Source: an uncultured Holophagae bacterium
GTDB lineage: Bacteria > Acidobacteriota > Thermoanaerobaculia > Thermoanaerobaculales > Sulfomarinibacteraceae
NCBI GenBank assembly: GCA_963754985.1
Contig: CAVWIJ010000012.1
Location: 514,249-578,248, forward strand
Length of the DNA: 64,000 nt
Direction: 5' to 3'
Below, piece by piece: positions 11,497 to 22,222 of this stretch. Both the position numbers and the translations under genes were made by a program. The notes below the pieces were generated by a model that worked only from the letters and a program-made list of their open reading frames with translations, was not told the DNA's origin and did not search any database. Position 1 is the first letter of the stretch. The number at the start of each line of letters is the position of its first letter.

Positions 11497-12538
11497 GCAC
11501 GCCGCGGCGGCTCACGGTCAACTACCTCCTCGAGGACACGGCGCTGTTCGGAGGGGTCAAGATCCCGCTCCACCACGCCAACCTGCTGCACCGGCGCGGC
11601 CACCGGGTGCGGGTGCTCAGCCGGGGATGCCGGCCCGACTGGTACCCCCTCGTGGCGCCGTTCGCGACGGTGCCGGACTTCGGCGCCGACTCGGTCGCGA
11701 GAGGCCGACGTCCACGTCGCCACCTTCTGGACCACCATCGCGCCGGCGGCGGCGCTGCCGCATGGCCGGGCCGTGCACTACTGCCAGGGCTTCGAGGCCT
11801 CGTACACGCACAACCTCGATGAGCACCCAGCGATCCTCGAGGCGCTACGCGCGGCCGCTGCCGGCCTTCGCCCTGGCGCCCCACCTTGCCGAGCTCGTGC
11901 GGAGCCGCTTCGGCCGGCCGGCACGGGTGGTGCCGCCGGCCCTCGAGCGGATGTGGCGGCCGCGCTGGCGCTGGCGGCCGGCGAGGCGGCCGCGCGTGGT
12001 CGTGGTCGCACCCCTTCGAGGTCGACTGGAAAGGGGTGCGCGACCGCCCTCGAGGCGGTGCGCCGGCTGCGCGCCGGCGGGGCCACGCTCACGCCTGGTG
12101 CGGGTGTCGCAGTGGCCGCTGTCAGCGACGCCGAGCGCGCGCTCGTCGAGCCGGACGAGTTCCACTGCCGGACCTCGACCCGCCGGCGGTGGCGCGGCTG
12201 ATCGCAGGCTGCGACCTGCTGCTCGCTCCGTCGTGGGAGCAGGAGGGCTTCGGCCTGCCGGTGCTCGAGGCAATGGCCTGCGGGGTGCCGGTGGTGGCGT
12301 CGAGCATCCAGGCTTTCGCGGGCTTCGCCACCGGGGCCGCCGAGCTGGTGCCGGCCGGCGACCCGGACGCCTTCGCAGACGCGGCCGCGAGCGATCCTCG
12401 GCGAGCCGTCGCGGTGGCGGCGAGATGCGGCGCGCCGGGCTCGCAGCTGCGGCGGCCTTCAGCGAGCGCCGGGTCGCGGACACGGTCGAGGAGGCGCTGC
12501 GCTGGGTGGCAAGCGACGCTTGGAGGACCGGCCGATGA
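11493..12538 (+). pseudogene. GT1/GT4-family glycosyltransferase with about 9 frame changes as assembled
   Basis: The GTG at 11493 overlaps the wzt stop (GTGA). Fragments in three frames are LTVNYLLEDTALFGGVKIPLHHANLL, VHYCQGFEASYTHNL, LAPHLAELVRSRFGRPARVVPPA and LLLAPSWEQEGFGLPVLEAMACGVPVVAS (the E-x7-E region of GT4). Confidence 0.6.
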
Positions 12539-13596
12539 CGGTGTCGCTGGTGGTGGTCTGCCACCGCTCCTCCAGCGTGCTGGCCGACTGCATCTCGAGC
12601 TTCCGTCGCGAGGCGCAGGCCGCCTCGGTGGCGGGCGAGGTCGTGGTGGTCGAGCAGTCCGAGGATCCGGCCGAGGTGGAGCGGGTCGCCGGCCTCGGGG
12701 CCGACTCGGCTGGAGCCGCGGCCCAACCGAGGGTACGCGGCCGGGCTCAACGCCGGGATCGCTGCCGCCGGCGGCGAGATCCTGCTGCTGGCCAACCCGG
12801 ACATCGTGCTCCAGGAGGGAAGCCTGCGCCGGCTGCTCGCGGCGATCGCCGAGGGCTACGACGTCGTCGGGCCCCAGCTGGTCTGGGACGACGGAGGCGA
12901 AATCCTGTCTGCCCCCGGCCGAGGACCCGCGATCGGACCGCAGAGCTGTGGCGAACCGTGCGGTCGCGACGCCAGTGGGCCTGGGACGCCGGGCTTCGAC
13001 CGTGTGCTCGAGAGCTGGTGGCGGGTGTGGACCGCGACGCGGCCGGTCGAGGTCGCGTGCGCTGCGCGGTCCGCTGCTCGCGGCGAGCCGGTCGGCGGTG
13101 GAGCGGCTCGGGCCGCTCGACGAGGGCTACTTCCTGTACTACGAGGAGACCGAGTGGCTGCTGCGGGCGCGCCGTCGCGGCGCCCACTTCGCCGTGGCGG
13201 CGGGCGCACGGGTCGTGCACCGGTGCGGGACATCGACCACGGCTCACACCGAAGGCCGGGAGGCGCATCGAGGCGGCGTCGCGGCAGCGCTTCTTCGACC
13301 GCAACTACGGCGCGGCGTCGCGCTGGCTGCTGCGGCGCTGCGCGGCCGGCGAGGCGAGCACCGGGATCGTGGCCGAGCCGGTGGCGGGCCCGCGGGCGGT
13401 CCCCGAGCGCCGTGCGGAGCTGTGGTTGATCTCCACCTTCCGGCACCTGATGCCGGCGGTCGGGGTGGTCGGCCGGCCGACCCTGCCAGGGTCGCTCGAG
13501 CGAGTCATCAGCGGGGGGCCATGGTACGCGGCCGCCGCCGCCAGGGACGGCGGCCGCTGGCGCCTGACCGGGTGCTGGAGCTGGGGGAGGCCGTGA
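12535..13596 (+). pseudogene. GT2-family glycosyltransferase with at least 4 frame changes as assembled
   Basis: The ATG at 12535 overlaps the previous stop (ATGA). Fragments are MTVSLVVVCHRSSSVLADCI, NRGYAAGLNAGIAAAGGEILLLANPDIVL, YDVVGPQLVWDDGGEI and LDEGYFLYYEETEWLLRARRRGAHFAVAAGARVVHR. Confidence 0.6.
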
Positions 13597-14585
13597 GCGC
13601 GCCCGAGTACTCGATCCGCGTCTTCTCGCCCGGTGACGAGGAGGCCGTCAACCGGGGCTTCAACGAGGTCTTCCATCTCGACCGCCCGCTCGACGAGTGG
13701 GCCTGGAAGTTCCCAGCCGATCCCGACGGCCGGCTGATCATGATCGCCGAGCACGGGGGCGAGGTGCTCGCCCACTACGCCGGCCTGCCGGTGCGCTTCC
13801 AGATCGAGGGCCGGATGTGGAATGCCGCCCAGATCGTCGATGTGTACTCGGCACGCACGGCGCGCGCCAGCTTTACCCGGCGGGGGGTGTGGGTGCAGAC
13901 GGTCGAGAGCTTCTTCGACGTCTTCGGCGCGCTCAGGACGCTCGCCGCTGCTGTTCGGCTTCCCGAGCCCGCGGCCGCTGCGGCTCGGCGTGCTGCAGCT
14001 CGGTTACGACGCGATGGAGCCGCAGCCGATCCGCTACCTGCGTGCGGCGCTCCGCCGGCGCCGTCCGCGGGGCTGCACCGCCGCCTCTACCGGGCCGAGC
14101 TGGCCCGCGACTGGGAGCCCCGGCTCGACGAGCTCTGGCAGTGTGTGAGCGACCAGTACCCGGTGGCGGTGGTGCGGGACGCCCGCCATGCGCTGCGCCG
14201 CCTCGCGGGCCGGCCCGGCGTGCGCTACCACCGCTTCCTCCTGTTCCCCCGCTTCTCGTTCCACCCGGTGGGCTTCGTGGCGTTCCGCACCGACGGCGGC
14301 CGGGTGCGCTGGGTGGACCTGGTGTGGAACCACCGGCACCCGGGCGCCCTCGACCTGGCCGGCCACCTGTCGGCCGGCCTCGCGGCCCAGACCGGCGCCG
14401 AGCTCGAGGAGCTGTGGCTCAACGGCGACGCCGGAGGGCCGGGCCCGGCTCGAGCGCCGAGGCTTTGCGGAGACGCCCGAGCCCGGCAACTGGTGATGGT
14501 GGCGCGCGCCTTCGACCCGGAGGTCGATCTGAAGGCGATGGCGGCGCGCGTCTACGTCACGATGGGCGACGCGGATCTGGTGTGA
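13593..14585 (+). pseudogene. GNAT-fold acetyltransferase-like protein with about 4 frame changes as assembled
   Basis: The GTG at 13593 overlaps the previous stop (GTGA). IRVFSPGDEEAVNRGFNEVFHLDRPLDEWAWKF and IAEHGGEVLAHYAGLPVRF are GNAT-like. Middle segments read in f1 (13925-14045 and 14425-14493). Confidence 0.5.
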
Positions 14586-14598
14586 CGAGGGGGATAGC

Positions 14599-16813
14599 GT
14601 GATCGCGGTCTGGCTGTGGACGGTGGCGCCGCTCGCCGCACTCCACCTCTGGATGCTGCGGCGGTCGCGGGCGCTGCTGCGGCTGCAGCTGGTCCTCGAT
14701 CTGCTCCTCGCCGCGGCCGTCGGCCCGGCGATCGTCACCGGGGCCGACCTGGCCCCGATCCGCTGTCTCGGCGGGACACCACCGTTCACCGAGTGGCAGT
14801 GGAACGACGCCACCGCGGACCAGCCGACCCAGTCGGACCTCGTGCGGCAGATCCATCCCTGGATGGAGGAGACGCGCCGGGCTCTGCTGGACGCCCGCCT
14901 GCCGCTGGTCAGCGAGCGGATCGGCGGCGGCCTGCCGCTGCTCGCGAACGGCCAGACCGGGGCGTGGGCGCCGCTCAACCTGCCGGTGTGGGCGCTGGGC
15001 GTCGAGCGCGGCACCACGGTGATGGCGCTCTGGAAGCTCGAGCTCGCGGGCCTCGGCGCGTTTCTCTTTCTGCGCCGGCGCTGGCGCCTGCGCTGGCCGT
15101 CCGCCGCAGCAGGCGCGACGGCCTTCGCCGGCTCCGCCTACCTGATGGCGTGGCTGCTGGTGCCGATGGGCTGGGTGATCGCCCTGTCGCCGTGGGCGTG
15201 GTGGGCCGCCGGCTGGCTGCTCGGCGGGAGGGTGCGTGCGACACGGGTCGCCGGCGTGGGCGTGCTCGCCGGCTGGCTCCTCGGCAGCGGCCTCAACCCG
15301 GAGACCGCGGCGATCGTGGTCGGGTCCGCCGGCCTCGCTGGCCTCATTCTCCACCCCAGCCGGTGGCGGCGGCTGCTCGCCGCCGTGGCGATTGCCACCG
15401 TCGTGGCCGCGGTCCTGGCGTGGCCGACCCTCGGCCTCGCGGCGTCGTCGTCGCGCGCGGCCGTGGTGCGATCCGAGCGTCCCAACCTCGCCCGGCCGGC
15501 ACCGTCGATCCGGCTCCAGGCGGCGCAGCAGCTCCTGGCGCCGCTGGCCCTCGGCCACCCCGGGCGCGGCGACTGGCGGGGGGCCTACCCCTACGCCGTC
15601 GCTGCGGTTGGCGTCGGTGGGCTGGCGCTTGGCGTTGTGGCGGCCGGACGCGTCCGGCGGCGCCACCGGCGCCTGCTCTGGGCCGCGCTGGCGTCGCTCG
15701 CGGTGGCGGCGGTGCTCGGCTACCGGCTGCCACCTCTCGACGTGCTGCTGGTGGGGGTGCCGCCGCTCGACCACATGACCCTGCCGCGCTTCGTGGTGCT
15801 GGTGCCGTGGGCGCTCGCCGTGTGGACGGGGCTGGCGGCCGATGGAGCCCTGCACGGGCGGCGGCGGATCGGGTGGCGCGTGGCTCTCGTGACCGCGCTG
15901 CTGGTGGTGGCGGGCGCGGCTGCGTCCCGCGGGCTGGCCGCGGTCGATCTCGTGCTGGTAGGCCTGACCGTCGCTGCTGCGCTGCTGGCGACGCCGCTGC
16001 TGCTGCGGCCGCGCCTCCTGGCGCCGGCGCTGGCGGTCGAGCTCGGACTGTATGCCCTCGGCATCAACCCGACCGCTGCGGTCGAGGACCGGCTGCCGGC
16101 GCCGCCGCTCGTCGAGCGGCTGCGCGAGCTCCAGGCCGAGCACGGCGGCCGGGTGATCGGCCTCGATGGCGCGCTGCCGCCGAACCTCGCCGGCCCGCTA
16201 CGGCATCCCCGACCTGCGCGCCTACGACCCGCTGCGGCCACGGCCCTTCGTCGATCTGATGGCCGCACTCGGCGACCGCAACCCGATGCTCGGAGGCCCG
16301 CTGCGAGTGGCGCCGCCGCGGCTGTGCGGGGCCTGGTCGGTGCGCTTCCTGATCAGCCCACCCGGCGCCAGGCCGGCGGGCTGGGAGCCGGTCTGGTCGG
16401 ACGGCAGCGGCTCGATCTGGTCGAACCCGCACTGGCTGCCCGAGCTCCGGGTCGTGGGCCGCGCGCACCCCCTGGGAGAGGCGGACGGCTGGCGGCTGCT
16501 CGCCCGCGAGCAGCTCGATCTCGCGCGGGAGGCCGTGGTCCCGGAAGGCACGGCGGCGGTGGCTGCGACGCAGGCCGAGCTCGTCGAGTCCACCTCGAGT
16601 GGCACGCGGCTGCTCGCGACGGTGCGCTGCGACGGACCCTGCCTGGTGGTGGCGGCGAGGCCGTGGGCGCCGGGGTGGCGGGCTGTGGTCGACGGGAAGC
16701 GGGCGCCGCTCGTGCGCGCCAACCTCGCCGGCCTCGGCGCCGTGTCGCCGCCCGGCGAGCACACCGTCGAGCTGCGCTACAACCCGTGGCGCTGGTGGCC
16801 GGGTGGAGGTTGA
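14599..16813 (+). CDS. YfhO-like large polytopic membrane protein (putative glycan transferase) with one frame break
   Basis: Track ORF 14599.. (f1) is joined to 16166..16813 (f2) at about 16190. It has many TM helices, LPLLANGQTGAWAPLNLP near the N-terminus, and a C-terminal soluble part ending HTVELRYNPWRW as in YfhO proteins. Confidence 0.6.
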
Positions 16814-16847
16814 GCTTCGGGGTCCTTCGGTCGCGCCGTTGAACCCC

Positions 16848-17136
16848 TGCCCGTCTCCGTATCCGTGCCCGCATCCGCGCCGGGGAGCCTGCCCTGAGCG
16901 AGCGGCGCCCATTCGACTCGGAGCTGGCGGGCTCCTCTCAGGGCAGGCTCGAGCGCCGGAAGTCGAAGGGTCCCCATGGTCGCACGTGGGACTTACCGAT
17001 CGCGAAATGGCTGTTGCTTGACGAGACCCTTCGACTCGCCGCCCTCGCGTGCGGCTCGCTCAGGGTGACAAACGAGGACGGCTCGGAAGCGGGCGCGGAA
17101 GCGGAAGAGGAAGCGGGCGGGAGGGGCCTATGCCCC
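16848..17136. repeat. Composite intergenic repeat (locus R2): minus-type hexamer arm, 14-bp hairpin, 115-bp conserved module, plus-type hexamer arm
   Basis: A perfect 14-bp inverted repeat joins 16885-16898 and 16937-16950. The 115-bp module at 16954-17068 is about 92% identical to 22000-22114. The core CGGGCGCGGAAGCGGAAG sits at 17090-17107, and GGGGCCTATGCCCC at 17123-17136. Confidence 0.7.
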
Positions 17137-18770
17137 CCCCGCTCCTGCGGACCCCGGCCATCGTCCACCCCTCGAGGGAGCCGAGGAAGCGCTCCTCCTC
17201 TTCCTTCCAGCGCCGCCACTCCCAGCCCATCTCCGAGCGCAGGATCGGCCGCAGGGGCCGCAGCAGCGCGACCGCCTGCTCGGGATCCCACATCCCCACC
17301 CGCACCCGGCGCAGCAGCAGGTCCTCGAGGTGGAGGACGGCGCCCCAGCGCAGGTGGGCCCGCACCTCGGCCGGGCAGAGGTCGCTGTCCGGCGCGACCG
17401 GCCGCAGCTCGGCGTGCCGGCGGGCGGCGGCTGCTGCGGTCCAGGCCAGGGCGCCGAGCCGCCGGGCCATGCCACGAGCCACGGTCGTGTCGATCTCGAA
17501 GACTCGCGCCAGCCGCTCGGCGAGGTCGGCCGGCGCGAGGCCTGCGAGCGGCGTGCCCTTGGTGGCGCAGGGAGCGGCGTGGAGGGCCCGCTCCTCGGGC
17601 AGCAGCCGGAGGACGGCGTCCACCGCCTCCTCGGCCGTGCTGCGCCAGGTGGTGAGCTTGCCGCCGGCCACCGAGAGCGCGCCGTCCTCGTCCCAGATGG
17701 CCTCCTCGCGGGTCGCCTCCGAGGGATCGTCGGCGTGGGTGTCGAGGATCGGTCGCAGGCCGGCGAAGGTGCCGCGCACGTCAGCCAGGGTCAGGTGCCG
17801 GTCCGGAAACGCGGCGGCCGCGGCGCGCAGCAGGTAGTCAACCTCGGCCGCCGTTGGTCGCGGGTCGTCCAGCGCGCCGTCGTGGTAGTGGTCGGTGGTG
17901 CCGACGAGCACGCCCTCGGGGTGGGGGATCAGGAACACCGGCCGGCCATCGTCGGGCGCGAGCAGGGTCACGGCGACCTCGATCGGGAGCCGCGAGCGGG
18001 CGATGATGAGGTGGATGCCGCGCGATGGCCGGACCCGGCTGCCGGCGAGGCCGAGCCGGCTGCGGAGGACGTCGGTCCAGGCGCCGGTCGCGTTGACCAC
18101 CACCTTCGCCCGGACCCGGTGGGTGCGGCCGTCGGCGAGGTCGTGCAGCAGCACCCCGGCGATCGGCGCCGGCGGGCGCCCGCTGGGCGGCGGTGACCTC
18201 GCAGCGTGTCAGCAGGTGGGCGCCGTAGTGGTGGGCGGTCGCGGCCACCGCCAGGGTGAGCCGCGCGTCGTCGGCCATCGCGTCACTGTAGGCCAGGCCG
18301 CGGTCGAGCTCGCTGACGTCGAGCCCGGGCGCGAGGGCGGCGAGCTCGTCGGCCTCGAGCTGGGCGTGGCGCTCGGGGCGGCCGGTGAGGCGGTCGTACA
18401 TCCAGAGCCCGAAGTCGATCTGCCAACCGGGCGTGCGGTCCCCGCGGTAGGCCGGGTAGAGGAAGCGGATGGGGTACACCAGATGGGGGCTGAGGCTGAG
18501 CATCCGGTCGCGCTCGCGGCACGCGAGGCGAGTGATCCGGAACTGCATCTGCTTGAGGTAGCGCAGCCCGCCGTGGATCAGCTTGGACGAGCGCGAGGAG
18601 GTGCCGGCCCCGACGTCGTCGCGCTCGACGAGCAGCGTCGACAGGCCGCGCTGCGCAGCGTCGAGGGCGATGCCGCTGCCGGTGATGCCGGCGCCGACTA
18701 CCACCAGGTCGAAGGTGTCGTCGAGGGAGGCGAGCGCCATCTGGCGCCACTGCGGGTGGAACACCGTCAC
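17060..18770 (-). CDS. glpD: FAD-dependent glycerol-3-phosphate dehydrogenase with one frame break and a 3' end running into repeat R2
   Basis: N-terminus DLVVVGAGITGSGIALDAAQRGLSTLLVERDD.GAGTSSRSSKLIHGGLRYL (tail of track ORF 17838..19829) is joined to 17060..18154 at about 18170. The candidate GTG start at 18770 overlaps the upstream stop, and an in-frame ATG lies at 18740. Confidence 0.8.
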
Positions 18771-20396
18771 ACCTCCAGCCGGTCCTCCGGGTCCAAGAGC
18801 ACGTGCGGGTTGAGGGTGCCGTCGGGATCCACCTCGGCGGCAACGCGGGCGAGCATCCGCCGGCCGAGCTCTCCCACCTCGCGCTCGAACCACGGCGCGT
18901 GCCACTGGCCGACGCCGTGGTGGTGGCTGAGCGTGACACCGGCGTCGACCAGGGCCTGGCTCGCGGCCCGCTTGACGGTCGCCCAGCGGGCGATGCTCGC
19001 CTCCGGGTCGCCGGCGCAGCGGAAGAAGAAGGTGAAGTACAGTGAGGCGCCGTCGCGGTAGGGGTGCGAGACGTGGCAGAGCACCGCCACCCGCTCGCCG
19101 TCGCCGGCCAGCGCCCCGCCGATGGCGGCTCCCACCTGCTCCCGCACGGCCGGGACCGCGGACCAGACCGCGGCGGTCTCCAGCGTGTCGGTTGCCCAGC
19201 CGAGGTCGAGCAGGGACTCGCGGAGGTAGGGGTGGCGGTAGCGGTCGCGCAGCCAGTGCCGGCCGGGCCTTGAACCGAGCACGACGCCGCGGTGGGCGCG
19301 GACGGTGGCCCGCCCGCAGAGCACGACATCGCGCACGCAGCCGCGCTCGCCGGAGCTGCCGTAGAGCAGGAGGCAGGCGTCCTCGCCCAGGCCGCGCAGA
19401 GCCAGGTAGCGCCGCACCAGGCCGGCGCCGGCCGACGCGGCGAGCCCGATCGCCATCGCCATCTGGGTCTCGCTGGCGTCGGACAGCCGGAGCAGCGTCA
19501 GCGGCACCCCGCTGACCACCAGCTCGCGCACCACATCGAGCCCCGGCTGGAGGCCGGGCAGCAAGGCGCCCTCGACGATCGTCATCGCGGGCCGGGCGCG
19601 GACCCGCAACGTCGCTTCGGTGATGACGCCGAGCCGGCCCTCGCTGCCGAGCACGAGCTGGCGCAGGTCGGGGCCGGCCGCCGAGGCGGGGCGCTCCGGC
19701 AGCCGCAGCCGCCCGGCCGGGGCGATCAGCTCGAGCCCGGCCACCATGTCCTCGATGCGGCCGTAGCCCAGCGACTCTTGCCCGGCTGAGCGGGTGGCGA
19801 CCCAGCCGCCGACGGTCGAGAGCTCCCACGACTGGGGGAAGTGGCCGAGCGTCAGCCGGTGCTCAGCAAGGGCGGACTCCACGGCAGGTCCGGTCGTGCC
19901 CGGGCCGAAGGTGGCGAGGCCCGAGACCGGGTCGAGCCGCGTCAGACCGGCCATCCGTTCGAGCTCGAGGATGAGCGTCGGCGACGAGTCGGCGACCACG
20001 TTGACGCCGCCGGTGACCGAGGTCCCGCCGCCCCAGGGGATCACTCGCACCCCGGCCCGCCGGCACTCGTCGAGGACGGCGGCGACTTCGCCGGCGTTCG
20101 CCGGGCGGCAGACGCCGTCCGGAAGGGCCGGGATGAGGCCGGTGCGCAGGCGGATGACGTCGACCAGGCCCTGGCCGCGGCAGTGGGCGAGCCGGTCGCG
20201 GGGATCGACGCTGAGCTCGCAGGGCAGCTGCGGCAGTGGGCGGGCCGGCAGAGACGGCGGCTGACCCGGGCCCACGGCGAGCGGCGGTCCAGGCGGCCCG
20301 ACCCGCCGCTCGAGCCACGCGAGGAGCTGCGGCGACGGCGGGTAGACCTCACCCTCGAACCCCCACCCGCCGAGGCGTCGCGTTCGTTGTCTGCAT
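18767..20396 (-). CDS. FAD-linked oxidase of the alkyl-DHAP synthase (AGPS)-like family with one N-terminal frame break
   Basis: Track ORF 18767..20275 shows VIPWGGGTSVTGG, GHFPQSWELSTVGGWVATRSAGQ and GVTLSHHHGVGQ. Upstream in the same frame, RRLGGWGFEGEVYPPSP lacks any start codon. The ATG at 20396 (MQTTNATPRR) is one frame off, implying an indel in the G-run near 20365. Confidence 0.75.
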
Positions 20397-20398
20397 CA

Positions 20399-20688
20399 GA
20401 GGCGAGAGTATATCTCCGCTTCCCCTTCCGCTTCCGCGCCCGCATCCGCTTCCGAGTCCGCTTCCGGATTGGGGGCAGGGGGGGAGTCCCTCGCGGGGTG
20501 CCGCCGCAGCACCGCCCGCGGGGTGGAGTCTGAACCGCCACCGAGCCTTTCCCGATCGATCGCGACGCAGTGGTGAAGGTCAAATCGGGCGCGGAAGCGG
20601 GCGCGGAAGCGGAAGGGGGCACGGGCACGGAGACGGGCACGGGCACTGAAGCGGAAGCGGAAGCGGATCAGGCCGAGCGGTCTGACGA
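20399..20688. repeat. Composite intergenic repeat (locus R3) with a perfect 22-bp inverted hexamer-arm pair
   Basis: CCCCTTCCGCTTCCGCGCCCGC (20422-20443) is the exact reverse complement of 20597-20618, with a 153-nt spacer. Further GGCACG/GCGGAA hexamers run to about 20665. Confidence 0.75.
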
Positions 20689-21874
<1,186 letters not shown>

Positions 21875-21943
21875 TGTTTCCTAGCGCTGCCCGGACTGCA
21901 AGCAGACTCGACCGACGTGACCGACGACGTTCGATGGACCTTT

Positions 21944-22210
21944 CTCCCGTGCCCGATTCCGCGCCCGGGGAGCCTGCCCTGAGCGAGCGGCGCGATCAGC
22001 GCCGGGAGTCGAAGGGTCCCCATGGTCGCACGTGGGACTTACCGATCGCGAAATGGCTGTTGCTTGAGGAGATCCTTCGACTCGCTGTCCTCGCGGACAG
22101 CTCGCTCAGGATGACTCGTGGGGGGAGCGGGGAAGGAAGGTGGACTCGGGCCCGGAAGCGGAAGCGGAAGCGGGAGGGGGCCTTATCACCTCTCACCTAT
22201 CGCCTATCAC
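21944..22210. repeat. Composite intergenic repeat (locus R4), the second copy of the 115-bp module, plus a heptamer tract
   Basis: The module lies at 22000-22114. Hexamers CCCGGAAGCGGAAGCGGAAGCGGG lie at 22150-22173. Four 7-nt units CCTTATC/ACCTCTC/ACCTATC/GCCTATC lie at 22181-22208. Confidence 0.7.
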
Positions 22211-22222
22211 TACAATGTCTCC

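Noticed and set aside
16777-16977. Small ORFs beginning MGTLRLPAL inside both copies of the 115-bp module (16777..16977(-) and 21556..22023(-))
   Set aside because: Similarity between the two ORFs stops where the repeat stops. The downstream sequences are unrelated and low in complexity. Conservation is better explained at the nucleotide or structure level.
20396-20688. The C-terminal ~100 codons of track ORF 20396..21874, and the apparent TGATG stop/start overlap with the AGPS-like gene
   Set aside because: This stretch is read-through of repeat R3 (RFRFRFSARARLRAR...). The genuine aminotransferase C-terminus is in another frame and stops at 20689, so the overlap is coincidental.
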